A program made the translations under genes and the position numbers. 64,000 nucleotides of DNA from the human T2T-CHM13v2.0 reference genome, Homo sapiens: assembly GCF_009914755.1 (NCBI RefSeq), contig NC_060941.1. One strand, 5' to 3'. Within the stretch, counting starts at the first letter, position 1. Each line of letters begins with the position of its first letter. This document shows, in pieces, positions 13,034-25,252 of this stretch. Below the pieces are notes generated by a model. The model did not search any database. It was given only the letters and a program-made list of their open reading frames with translations, and had not been told where the DNA came from.

Positions 13034-14019
13034 GACTCTTGTCTTACTATGGAGCCAACACTGGTTCCTTGGTACAACAGAGATGCTTCCTGTTCCTCCC
13101 AGAGCACCCAGTAACCATCTGCTGCATGGGGGAAGTGACAGAGCAGGGCTGAGCCATTCCACTTGCTCCATTCCTTAAAAGGTCTTACATCAGTCCGTTT
13201 GGTATAATCCATTCAAAGTCAGCCTAGGTGTCCAGCCGCTCCACAGCACAAGCATGCGACAGGTGTGTTAGTTCATGCATCTGGGAGACAAATGTCTGTG
13301 CCCCAGGGGCTGCACTCGGGGGACATACCTCCTGGGAAGCAGCAAGCTTGCCCTGGGAGGGCAGCATGCCAAAAACAGCTTCACATAAGCAGGGTGATCT
13401 AAAATGTCACCACGCACCAGAGAAACTGGCAACAATGGGATTCCAATGAGTCAGGCTCTGCCCTTCTTCCATGGTGGGGGTGTGGGCATAAAGGGCCTAA
13501 CTGCTAGATCTCCCTCCCCACAGGGAGAAGAGCTGGGGGAGGCAGGAGAGCCAGGGGGAGGCTGTCACTCAGCAGTTGCTAATTTCTATTCATTAGAACT
13601 TTACAAGATGAGTAGAACCAAGGTGACGCCCATGTGTGGGCCTTTGGTGGGAGGGCTGGGGAGGGAGTCAGGCATCTCCTGGGTCTGCTGTAGGGTGTGG
13701 CGCTGTGTGGGCTGTAGCCCTGGGAGCCTTGTACTCCTAGGCTTGAGATCTATGCCAGAGAGGAAGGTAGCTTTGTGGGGGCAGGGTAGGGGAGGGAGAG
13801 CTAAGCAAAAGGCCCAATAATAGCTTAGGGCCACTGATGTGCACCAACCACAGCTGGGGTATAGCTTGGGACCTTTCCTGGCCCCAGCCTGTTGGGGCCA
13901 TGAATGAAAGCTCCTGAATGGGTGCTGCTGGGCACACACAGTAAACATGTTGCCCATGTGCTCTGCACTGGCTGCCTGGAGGAGTGGGTAAGGGCAAGAG
14001 TGCTGGAGTTGGGCAGACC

Positions 14020-14215
14020 CCATTCAGACCCTGGCAACAACCCTTCCCAGCTGTGCGTGACCACATGGCAAGTGACTTAACCTCTCCAAGCCTCAGCTTC
14101 ATCTTCTATGAAACAGAGCTAATCAGACTTTGTTACGGAGTTACTGTGAGGGATAAGTGACTAAAGTGTGGAAGGTATGAAGGACAGTCCCTGGTTCAGG
14201 GTCAGGACTTGTAAG
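14020..14215 (+). mobile_element. MIR
   Basis: gtgaccacatggcaagtgacttaacctctccaagcctcagcttcatctt. Confidence 0.7.
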
Positions 14216-14448
14216 TGGGAGCTATGACATCACCAGCGAGTTCAGCTGACAGGGCTCAGGGCTCAGGATGACTGACCAGCTTGGGTGGCCCCTGCTCATC
14301 AAGGCAGCCAGGAGGCTCTCCGAGGCCAGGCATGCCCGAGAGGAGTGCGGGTGGGCCCTAAGGTGGCGGCCTGAGGGGCAGGGAGGACGTTAGTTCACAC
14401 CGGGTGGGACACACCATGCTGAACCCAGGCCAGGTGCCACCTACTGCA

Positions 14449-15718
14449 CTAGTCGCTCTCGGGCCGGTACAGGTACCGCATCATCAGGCTGTCCACCTCT
14501 TTCTTGCGCTTCTTTTCCTCCTTCCTCGACGGCCGGTGCGTCTGCCCAGTTTCTTCACTTTCTGCAGCTGGGCCCTTCTTCACACTGGAGCAGCTGTGGC
14601 TGGAGACGGTCGAGCCGCTGGATGACGACGAGGAGGACTCAGACTCCGTCTCCGTTCTCTTTCTTCTCGACTTGGACTTCTTGCTCTTCCGAGAGCGCCC
14701 CTTCTTCCGCCTCTTGTGCTCTGAGGAAGCTTCGGAGCCGGAGCTGGAGCTGGAGCTGGAGCTGCTCCTTCCGCTCCTTCGCCGGCTCCGGCTCTTCCGG
14801 CCGCTGCGGGACCGGGACACATCAGCAGCAGAGGCGGAGCGGCGGATGCTGGCAGCTCGCTCCGGGGGGTCCAGTTGGGCGCTCCGGGCACTTTGGATGC
14901 TCTTCCTGTCATCCTCCTCGGAGTCGGGCTCCAGGCTGCTCCGCTGGAATGGAACAGGCTTGTAGCTCAAGACCTCGTTGACGGCAGCCTCCAGGTCTGG
15001 GTCCAGGTAGGAGTGACGGCTGACGGAGCGGACGCTGGAGCTGGGAGGCTCATCCACTGCCGAGGCAGAGCTGCGTGGCCGGGGTGGCACCGACAGACTG
15101 CGGGCCAGCGACGGGTGGCTGTACTGCGAGCAGGCCTCGCTCAGGGCCATACTGGCTCCATCATCCCACTCCTCTAGGCAGCTCCGGCCCAGGGACAGGC
15201 GAGAATCAGGGCTCTCCCGGCCTAGGCCAGAGGCCCGGCTCAGGGAAGGGCTGAGTGTCCTGGAGAGGCTGTCGAGCCGGGAGGTGCTGCGGCGGGAACC
15301 GGGCGAGCCCGACAGCGAGAAACTCAGGGAAGAGCCAGCCCTGTCTTCGCCAGAGCCCCGCCGCGTGGCCGAGGAGGCCCGGCTGACCGGTGCAGAGACG
15401 GTGGAGGCCGGGCTGAAGTCGGAGCCCCACCGCTTCTGCGGCCCCCGGCCAGCGCGCCCCCCGGTCCCCGAGCGGACGGAGCCGCACTCCTCCGGCTCCT
15501 CGGACTTCCTGCCTGGGCATGGCTCCTCCCTGGGGCCCACATGGGCCTTCCTAGGGGGCCTCTCGGGGGAGGCCGCCCGCTCGCTCAGGGAGGTGAAGAG
15601 CGAATCCGCGTCCCCGGTGCCCCCGATGGAGTCCTTTAGGGTGAGCCGCTTCCGATAGCTCAGGGAGCTCACCACCGAGGACGGCCTCTCCTCCACCCCC
15701 GGGGCCTCCTTAGAGAGG
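14449..15718 (-). CDS. MYO18A: Alternative Ser/Arg-rich stop-containing coding exon of MYO18A (gamma-type C-terminus, ~422 aa)
   Basis: Part of 477-aa ORF 14449-15882; CpG-rich and codon-biased; caacag acceptor at 15719-15720 is phase 2, matching exon 17034; long pyrimidine tract upstream; exact acceptor inferred. Confidence 0.85.
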
Positions 15719-17033
15719 CTGTTGAGGGCCGTTCCGAGGGAGGATGCGAGAACCAGACGTGGATGAGGGCAGCAGGGAGAGAGGGAGGTTGAGAGAGAGA
15801 GAGGAACAAGTATTAAACTCAGAGAATAAAGACACAGGGGGAGGGAGGCGAAAGGAGGAGAAAACGGCAGCAGCCCTGGCAAAGTGGTGGTGAGAGCATC
15901 GGAGGAAATGAAGCAAAATAATTTGCGTCAGTGAAAATAGCTTCATGGAGAATGTCATGTAAATTAGACTATTGTTCTATTTCATCACTTTTCCCCCTCT
16001 AAACGTTTAGTTCAATTTATTTCATTGTCAACTACCTGGAGCCTCGTGCCATGCCGTGGTGAACCACGGCAGTGGGGCGGGGAAGCCGGCATTATCTGCA
16101 ATAACAAAATGTTGTTTGGCCGAATAAATTAAACCAATTAGAGGGGGCTGCTGGGTGCTTCTGGTGAGGGGCCAGGCTTGGGGAAGGGGCCTTGGGGGAG
16201 CTGGAGAAGGGAGGGAGAGATGTTACTTTTTCTACCCAGTCTACCTGCTGTCTCTGGGAGAGGATGAGGAAGGGTGTGTCCTGGAGGATCAGGATGGGCT
16301 TGATCAGGGGGTTGGGATTCTATGTTGTGGGGGCAGCAGGGATATGGCTTTGTGGGGGGTGAGGGGGGAGCGAGGGCTCTTCTTTCTCCCTGCTGCCACA
16401 CTGGCCAGTAGGAAAGAGATGGGCAAGGGGAAGCTCTGGATTCCAGGGGTAGCTGTCTGTATGATCAGAGGACTATGACTGGCTAGAAAACAGGGGAGTA
16501 CATTCCCCCAGTGGATGGGTATTAGGAGGAAAGAAGTGGGGGCAGTGAAGAGATTAGAGGAAGGAGAGAATGGGCAGAAAAAGACAGAAATGTGCCTGTA
16601 ACTGGGTCAAGAATCAGTGGAACTGGTGCCTCTTCTGCTGCTATTCACGGTAAGACGTCAGAGATCCAGAGCTGGCCAGGGCTGTGGGATTAAGAGTCCC
16701 CTGTGCCCCATCCCAGTTTTGATTCCAAGGGTCTGAACTATCAGGAAGCTTGATCAACATTTGTTGAATGAATAAGTGGAGGTGACATTTAACTTACATC
16801 AAACCAAAGCCTGGAGCCTAATGGGAAAACATTCCCTGGAAAAAATAAGGGCGACGCAGCCCTGGCTAAGAAGAAACTTCCTGTGCCCATGCACATGCCA
16901 GAAGCATGCCCGGGCCGCAGTCACAAATGCCAGACAAGAGACACAGGCCTGCCCTCATGGGATCCAGGCGCTACTTGTCCATTCCTTGTGGCACAAGGTG
17001 GCTTTTCCTCCCAGCTCAAGGCCATATGCTCAC

Positions 17034-17156
17034 CTGGAACTCTTTAAGCTGCCATCATCAGAAGCTGCCTTGGAAGGTCCCTTGTTTTTTGACAACCAGG
17101 ACTTGACCCCGTCAACACGGTCCTCCAGCTCCGAGTCCACATCAGAGTCTCCCTCA
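17034..17156 (-). CDS. MYO18A: MYO18A penultimate exon [40 protein letters not shown]
   Basis: AG/GT borders; 123 nt, phase 2/2. Confidence 0.95.
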
Positions 17157-18232
17157 CTGTAGGGATGAGGAGCAGAAAGGTAGACAAGGCATAGGCACCT
17201 GCTGCCCACGAGGGGAGCAGATGGGGGTGCAGGGGGTGTCTTGGGCAGGGGGGATGTGGGCAGCATGCACGTCGGTGAGTCGGGAGGGCGGGAATGAGAG
17301 AGGTTAGACAGAGCACACCATTCACAAGGAGCCTGTCCCCACTCAGCAGCCACACTGTGTGACAACCACCAAGAAGACCCTCAGGAGCATGGAGGCAGCT
17401 CCCAAGCCAGTTATCTGTGACAGGCCACTGACCAATCAAGGGAGAATGACTTAAAGACCATCCACTCATCAATTTCAGCTAAATGGCTCTGAGCTAAAAA
17501 GAGGAGCCCTGGGTTCTTCAGTGACTCCTTGAGGCCTACTCTGCTGTTTCTTGTCTGCCATTCCTCAGATTGTGGCTATAGCTGCTGTCAATTTCCATGC
17601 CTTTGTTACAAGAGCTGGGCTGCCAGCCACAGAGCAGAAGAGAAGGGCTTCGTAGGATTTGGAGTTAGCTTGAACCTGAAGGTCTCCTTAGTGGATGGCA
17701 ACACCAACCTGGGCTCTAGGTTAAGGAGGCCCAGGCCACATCCCAGATCCACCCTGTGGCTTCTCTGGCTCTTAAGAAACAGAGAAAGGAAAAGGGGCGG
17801 GGGGCGGGGGGCATCAGCATTTCCAGAGGGACTAGCAACAGTTTCAGTATCTAAATTGTCCCTGGAGACCCAGCTGGGCTCAGAAAGTCCCACACCAGAG
17901 CCCTGTCGCTCAAGGTCTCCTCTTCCGTCCTCAGGTAGCCCCCAGCCCTTGCTCACAGTGCTTCATCGGGCAGAGCTGACCTTAGCACTTGAAAGAAAGC
18001 CCAAAGGAGTCCAATTCTGAGGCTGGAGTCATGGCCACCCCCTCATGAAGCAGCTGGGCTTGGAGATAGCTTCTGAGTAAGATTGCTTCTAAAATTCTGC
18101 AGAATGTCTGCTCACCAAGTTGCCCTGCTATGGATAGGCTAGGGTTTCTCCTCGATATAAATTTCCTTTCCTCTGTGTCAAGAGGAATGGCTCCATTCCT
18201 GAATTATGTTCTTAAATAAACAGCCACACAGG

Positions 18233-18239
18233 CATGTGT

Positions 18240-18280
<41 letters not shown>
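18233..18280. repeat. (TG)n(CG)n(CA)n microsatellite
   Basis: Direct reading. Confidence 0.9.
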
Positions 18281-18281
<1 letters not shown>

Positions 18282-20323
18282 AACCAGCAGATTGTTCTGG
18301 GGACCATGCGAGAGCCCAACTCATAGAGAGGGGAATAAAGAGGCATGTTTTATGGGCTTCCATCAAATACAGAATTATAACAAAGACGAGGCTGGCTGAT
18401 GCCCCGGGTAAACAGGAGTTTAGCAGACAACCTCGAAACTGCTAATGCAAGCCCTGTGCCCGTCCGAGCCTGGCAGATTTACTGTGGTGCATGGGCCCCA
18501 TGGAACACCAATACCACCTGATTTATACACCTGTGCAAAAAACCTCCCTCTCTAGCTTCAGAGCCTGTAATTTATCACCACCGTTCATAACCATATTGAT
18601 TGCCTTTAGAAAGGAGGTGCTGTATGCATCGCAAAATCTATGTCTACATGTTAAAAGCGTTTCCATATAAATCTCCCTTAATACCGTGCTGTTTACTGCT
18701 TTCATTAAGGTTATGGCAATAACAACTGTATCTCTAAGTAAATCGAAACATTATTTCTCTGCCTGCCTTACTGCGCTGGGCTCAATAACTTGGAGCTGGG
18801 GCCCAGAGCTGCTGAGGAAGGAGCCACACCACCTCTCTGCCATCACCCGGAACCTGGTTAGAGCTGCACGTCCCCATGCGTCTATGTGAGCACACACCAG
18901 TGTGTGTGAGTGTGTGTGCATGCGTGGTGTACCTGTGTGTGTGCATGCCTGGCAGTGGTTTAGAATATGATCTTAAATGCGCATTTTATCAGCCCTTGAA
19001 GCTCTTGCCACACAAGGATGGCAGGGTTGAAACACACAGGGGACAGACAGTTGTGGGCCCAGAATATGAATTTTCCTCCTTACATACAGAACAGTGGATG
19101 GGTTGCAAAGCTGGCCTGCCTGCCCTCGCCTTCCCTTTAGTTGCAAGCATCTAGAAGATGTTCTTTTCCTTAAATAATCAGGCCCGTAAACAAACTCCAG
19201 GGGCAGGCAGGCTCAGAGGGCAGTTGAAATTTTAAATGGTTGGAATTAAACCTCACGTCAAATACAATTTATGTCCGGGCTCATGTGCTATTAGTTAACG
19301 GGGAGCCGAATCACGGGGGAACAAACAAACGGAGACAGAACGGCGGGGGATATTAATTGTGTGTGACAACCAGGCTCCAGCGGCCCTCTATCACTGTTAC
19401 ACACTATTACATTTATCATTAGCTCTCACTGAGTCCTGTGCGCTGCCACCAGCCCATCCTGGCCAGGGGAGGGGGTCCATCAGGCGAGAGAGAGTGGGGG
19501 AAGAAACCCAATGCCATGCTAAAAAAAAAAGACCTCTAAAAAACAACCCTGTCGAACTTGATGGAGGATCAGCCCGCTCTGCCTGAAGGCCTGCGCATCT
19601 GCATCCGCTGTCCAGCTCCCACCCAGAAAGCGGGAAAAGAGAGGGCTGGATTTCCTGGGCTTCCTGCCACCTGACAGTACCAGCACAAGCGCCCGCTGGG
19701 GCCTCCCTCTGCCCACGGTACCGCAGGGAGTAAAGTAAACACATCTGGCTGTGTTCCCTTCCCCCGCCACGGCAAGCAGCCCATGATTAGCTGCCTGAAT
19801 GCTTTCTCCAAACAAGAAACTGGGAGATGCCCCTCACCTTCTACCCTTGTCTGCCAAGAGAAGGTAGTGGACCTTTAAAGATGAAACACGCCCGCTTCTT
19901 TCAGGCAGCTCAGGCTCCCAAGGAGCCCAAGGATGTGGACAGATCCAGCCCAAACAGACTTTTCCCCCCAGAGAAATAGGCCAGGGAGGTGGCCACACTT
20001 GGTTTTTGAGGGAGGAATGTGCTGGAGCTCAGGAAGGTAAACTTCTCAAATAGGCTGCGCTTTCCTTTCGGCAGGAGCCCCCCCATCCTGCCCACCAAGG
20101 GTGCACGGGCCAGCCCCAGCCTTCTGGGGAGCACACCTCATTGCCCGCTCCCTGCCTCCCCCGAGGATAGAGTCAGCATGTTAGCGTTAGAGACCAGTGA
20201 GGCGGGAGTGTGGGGAGGCTGTATCCACATGCTGCGTGCAGCGGCCCCAGGGTGGGAGCCAGTGTTAGGGGTGGTTAGACACCCGCGAGGACAGGCAGAG
20301 AGCACATGCGCTCCAGTCCTCAC

Positions 20324-20368
20324 AGTTTATTCTTTCTTTTCTGATACTTTGTCACCATGTCCTGCAAA
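20324..20368 (-). CDS. MYO18A: MYO18A 45-nt cassette exon (S)LQDMVTKYQKRKNKL
   Basis: tatttccag|...AAACT|gtgagg; phase 2/2, skippable in frame. Confidence 0.9.
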
Positions 20369-21157
20369 CTGGAAATAGAAGGAAAATGGTGGGCAAGGGG
20401 TCCAGAGGAAACAGATGAAATCAATCGGCAACCCAAGGTGGACCCCTTAGCTGAAGACCTCTCTTCCCTCAGCAAGAGCCAGCTCTGGCTGGTTGAGACC
20501 AGGTAGTGGGATGCGTGATGGCACTGTCCTCAAAATCTGATGCGGGCTGCCCCTGGCACCTCTCCCCTGCCCCAAAGCAGCAGGGTCCCTGCGCTGCCCC
20601 AGACCTGCCTGCAGGATGGGCCCCAGCCCTAAGGTGGGAAGGGGGCAGATCTAGGGTCCACCTAGGGCAGCCCTGGGAGCTTCTCCATGGCCTGGTGCTA
20701 CCCCGCACTGCTGGCCTTCCTTCCTCGTGACTGTCTCCTCAGCCTAAGACTACAAATCTCTTTCTCTCCAAACCATTCCCCGGGTGGGTTTTATGAGAAA
20801 ATCTCTGGCATAGTAACAAGGCACCACAGCCTTTAAATCTCTGCTCTCCCCAGAGTGGGGCAGGTGCCATCGGAAATGCAGCTAAACGGGAGAATAACTC
20901 ATCTTGAGCGGGCAGAGCTGGAGGGCCTGGTCGTGGAGAGGGGAGACTGGCTGGGTGGCCTCCATCAGGGTGCACCTGTCTCACCGTCTGCCCCTGCAGG
21001 ACAGGCTGTGCTGGGATCTGGCAGTAAAGGGAGGGTGGGTTGGCGGCTTGCTCATGGGGAGGCAGAGGTTGCAACTGTTCTACCTGGTCGTCTGGTTCCA
21101 GAGGTGGTCAAGAGGGCCTCCGTGCTAGCTGCAGATGCCCCAGAGGCCACTTCTCAC

Positions 21158-21297
21158 CTGTTGATGAGGTCCTCATTCTCATCACTCTCCATCTCATCCT
21201 CAATGGCAGCCTGCAGGTCCCCGATGCGCTTGAATGCCAACTTTAGGTCAGCCTGCAGGCTCTGGTTAGCAGCCTCCAGGCTTTCTAGATCCATCTC
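21158..21297 (-). CDS. MYO18A: MYO18A exon [46 protein letters not shown]
   Basis: AG/GT borders; 140 nt, phase 0/2. Confidence 0.95.
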
Positions 21298-21655
21298 CTA
21301 GGAGGAAGGGGGCAGCCCAGTTTGCAGGAGGGCTAGCTTCTCCCCTAGATGGCCAGAAGAAGCCTGCTTCAAGTACTTTCCGGTCATGGGGGTGCTACCT
21401 GAGGGCTGACACAGGCTGCCAGAGCCTTTTCCGCTCTGTTGCTGCTGGGCTGTGGGGTCCAAGCCTCATCTGAGGGAGTCTCCAGTGCCGCTAGCTTCCT
21501 GGCCTGCCCTCTTGATATGCTCCTCCTCCCTCCCATTCTCTGACTCATGTGCAGTTTCTTTGCACCCTATCCTCAACCAGGCCAGAGTGAGGCATACACT
21601 CAGCAGCTAGTCAAGGGGCTGCCATGTGGGCCCCGTGGGGGACAGGGGGCATTAC

Positions 21656-21841
21656 CAGTTCGTGCTTCTTGCGGCTCGCCTCGGCCTCCTTCCTGGCAAG
21701 CTCGCCCATCTCCTCCTTGGTGTCCCGGAGCTGCCTCTGTAGCCGCTTGTTCTGTTCCTTCTCCCGGTTCTCGGCTGCAATGCGCTGATCCCGCTCCTCA
21801 GTCAGCTTCTCCATGTTTTCCTTGAGACGGCTAGCCAGGCT
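21656..21841 (-). CDS. MYO18A: MYO18A coiled-coil exon [13 protein letters not shown]...KKHEL
   Basis: AG/GT borders; 186 nt. Confidence 0.95.
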
Positions 21842-21934
21842 CTGGATAGGTAGGTGGGGAAGAAAGACACAGCAGGCAGGCCCATCAGCCAGGCAGAGGG
21901 AGGGTGTGGCAGAGCTCTGGGTGAGGAGGCCTGG

Positions 21935-22110
21935 GGTCGAGCTCTGGCTCCACCGTTCATTGGCTACCTGGGCAAGCAACCCCGAAGCTTCCCTTGCTTT
22001 TCTGTAAAATGTGGGGAGAATAACACCTAACCCCCAGGGGTCTTCTGAGGATGAATAAGGTAATGAATGTGAATGCACTCTGAAAGATGAAAGGTGCTAT
22101 TATCATTATT
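21935..22110 (+). mobile_element. MIR
   Basis: ctgggcaagc...tctgtaaaatgtgggg...taacacct...tattatcattatt. Confidence 0.6.
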
Positions 22111-22772
22111 ACTACACCAAGACTGAGGGAGTGTTCTGGGTACAGCCTGGTGGGCCTGTCGGTATTGACACTGCATGTAGAGTCCTCTCAGGTCAGCAGG
22201 GCTTCCCGCAGGGACTCTGAACCCAGAAGCCCCAAAAGCTAGATCCTGTGCTCAGAGGTAAATGGCTTTGCTGGAGTTCTGAATTAGGAGAGACTAAACA
22301 ATCATCAGATTCCAAGCAGAGAGCATCTCTCTAAGCCTAATGAATCTCCTGCCAGGCAGTGGGATGCTGAGCAAAAAATGACCTGGAGAGAGGGGCTGAA
22401 TGTGAGGGAAGAACCCCGCATCTGCTTGTAATCCTGGTTCTACCTCGGACTGGTCCCCCAGCCTCTATATCCCTAAAATAAAAGAGCCAGGCTGCAGGAT
22501 TGGGCCGTTTGTGTTTAACATCCTATGAGTCTAAACCACAAAACTCTCTGAGCGGAAGGGAACCTGAGGGGTAGAGGTGCGGGAAGGGACTAGGCCCAAG
22601 AGAAAAGGAGACAAGTCCTGTGGGCCTGTCCTGTGTCCACCAGACCAATGGCCTCTTCTGTCCCTTGATAGCTTTGTGACCTTAGGCAACCCACTTAACC
22701 CTTCCTGTATGTAAAATGGGGATCAAAATATTATCAGCCAGCCTGGGGTTGGGGTGGGCAGAAAATAAATTC

Positions 22773-23073
22773 TTTTTTTTTTTTTTTTTTTTTGAGACGG
22801 AGTGTCGCTGTCGCCCAGGCTGGAGTGCAGTGGCGCGATCTCCGCTCACTGCAGGCTCCGCCCCCCGGGGTTCACGCCATTCTCCTGCCTCAGCCTCCGG
22901 AGTAGCTGGGACTACAGGCGCCCGCCACCACGCCCGGCTAATGTTTTGTATTTTTAGTAGAGACAGGGTTTCACCGTGTTAGCCAGGATGGTCTCGATCT
23001 CCTGACCTCGTGATCCGCCCACCTTGGCCTCCAAAAGTGCTGGGATTACAGGCATGAGCCACCGCGCCCGGCC
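22773..23073 (-). mobile_element. AluY
   Basis: CpG-rich reverse Alu; TSD gaaaataa(a/g)ttctt. Confidence 0.95.
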
Positions 23074-23475
23074 GAAAATAAGTTCTTAAGTTTCCCCTAA
23101 CTCTCTCCAGCTCTCCTGAGAACTGTGACCCCGCCTTGGAAGGGTCAGTTGTGCTCTCTTCCTGTGTCCAGGTTATTAATGCCATCTAGATGCCCACCTG
23201 TTTCTATCCCTACCTAAATGCCTGCTCCATGGACTGTGAGCTGATGGAGGAGGTGACAGGGCTGCCCCTCACCAACCACACTCATCAACACAGGGCCCAG
23301 GGAGAACCGACGGTGTGGAGACAAAGGCTTATAAACTCAAGGAGAACTTAAAAATAAGGTGAGAGGGATGTAAACCCAGGAGATAATCCTTTCTGCCTCT
23401 CTCTTGCTATCTGCTCTGCCAGAGATGGAAGGGGCTGGCCAATACTGGCTTTGGGAGACCGAAAGAAAAAGGATT

Positions 23476-23780
23476 GGTCCAGCATGGTGGCTCATGCCTG
23501 TAATCCCAACACTTTGGGAAGCTGAGGCAGGCGGATTGCTTGAGCCCAGAAGTTCAAGACCAGTCTGAGCAACAAGGCAAAACCCTGTCTCTGCAAAAAA
23601 TACAAAAATTAGCCAGGCATGGTGGCACATGCCTGTGGTCCCAGCTACACAGGAGGCTGAGGCAGGAGGATGGGAGGATTGCTTGAGCCCAGGAGGTCAA
23701 GGCTACAGTGAGCCATGATTGCGTCACTGCACTACAGCCTGGGCAACAGAGCGAGACCCTATCTCAAAAAAAAAAAAAAA
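23476..23780 (+). mobile_element. AluJ
   Basis: ggattgcttgagccca diagnostic in both arms; A-tail. Confidence 0.9.
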
Positions 23781-23886
23781 GGGGAAGAAGAGAGAATGAA
23801 CCTTATAATAAAGGGAGAGGAGAATGGGATGGGAAGAGGGTAAGAAAGAGAAATAAGATTGGAGAGAGGAAAAAATATAAAATATT

Positions 23887-24190
<304 letters not shown>

Positions 24191-24681
24191 TCATAATCAA
24201 GAAAAAGGGAGAGAGAAAAAAAAAAGCAGAGACAGGAGGGCAGAAGAAGTGAGGAAGAAAGGGAATGAAGCAGGGAAGGGGAGAGGAGCAGAGCGAGGGC
24301 AGATGAGAGAACAGATTCCAGCCTGCGCAGAAGTGGCACCATCCGCTGCATATTTATGACCCTGCCAGAGAACCGGTTGAGGGGAACAGGCGGGGGGAGC
24401 TCGTGGTGGAGGAAAATATGAAGACGAAGAGCTAAGCTGCTCTGGTCCCTTGGCAGAAAGCAAGCACGGAAACAGAATGTAAAGCAGGCGGGCTCCACGG
24501 TAGCCAGAGAGCAGGCCAGGCAGGGCGGGAGAGAAGCACCTGCCCGTCAGCTGGCCTGGCAGTGAGGCACAGGCCTCTGAGGACTGTCCGGGGGCCTGTC
24601 CAGCCCTGCTGAGCATGCGCGGCTCCAGCGCTGGGGCAGCTCTGCCCTGTTTGGTGTGGCCCGGGAGAAGTGTGAACCCAC

Positions 24682-24819
24682 CTCCAGCCGTTTCACTTGC
24701 GTCCTTTCAAACTCCAGGCGTGTCTCCAGCTCCCGTATCTTAGCTTCCTGCCTGCTCACCAGGGACTTGTCCACCATGGACTGCTCCAGGAACTCCACCT
24801 GGCTCTGGAGGGCTTGTAG
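24682..24819 (-). CDS. MYO18A: MYO18A coiled-coil exon [18 protein letters not shown]...VKRLE
   Basis: AG/GT borders; 138 nt. Confidence 0.95.
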
Positions 24820-25252
24820 CTAGAGGTGGGGGACAGGAAGAGAAGAAAGAACTGAGCCCAGAAAGGGAGGAGACTGCGTCTGGGGCAGGCAATATCACCA
24901 CAGTGACCAGAAGGCAAGGGGAGGGAGGGATGCACCTGGGAGGAAAGAGAATGGAGCCCTGGGCCAGAGGCCTCCCCCATCTGCCCCAGTGCTTGGCACA
25001 GAGATTGCCCTTCAGAGAGAAAGGAGAAAGCTAAGGATCGGAGAGGGAATACAGATGGGAAATGAGGCAGGGGAAGCCCAAATGTCTGTTATGGTGACAT
25101 GGCTCCAAGCCTAGCTCTTGCTCCTCATTTACGCTGCTCTGTGGATTACTGATGGCAGAGAAAAGCGCCTTCTAAACTGTGAACTTGGGGGTTCCTCCCA
25201 CACCTAGTGACCCTGGCACTCTCTCTCTCCTGAGGGAGCCCCTGGTCCTCAC

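Noticed and set aside
14504-15658. Plus-strand ORFs (153, 119, 100, 124 aa) opposite the Ser-rich exon
   Set aside because: Antisense shadows of a GC-rich, codon-biased exon; no independent gene signals
15719-15882. N-terminal ~54 aa of the 477-aa ORF (MPGLLPFSPP...)
   Set aside because: Translated polypyrimidine tract with a non-ATG start; intronic
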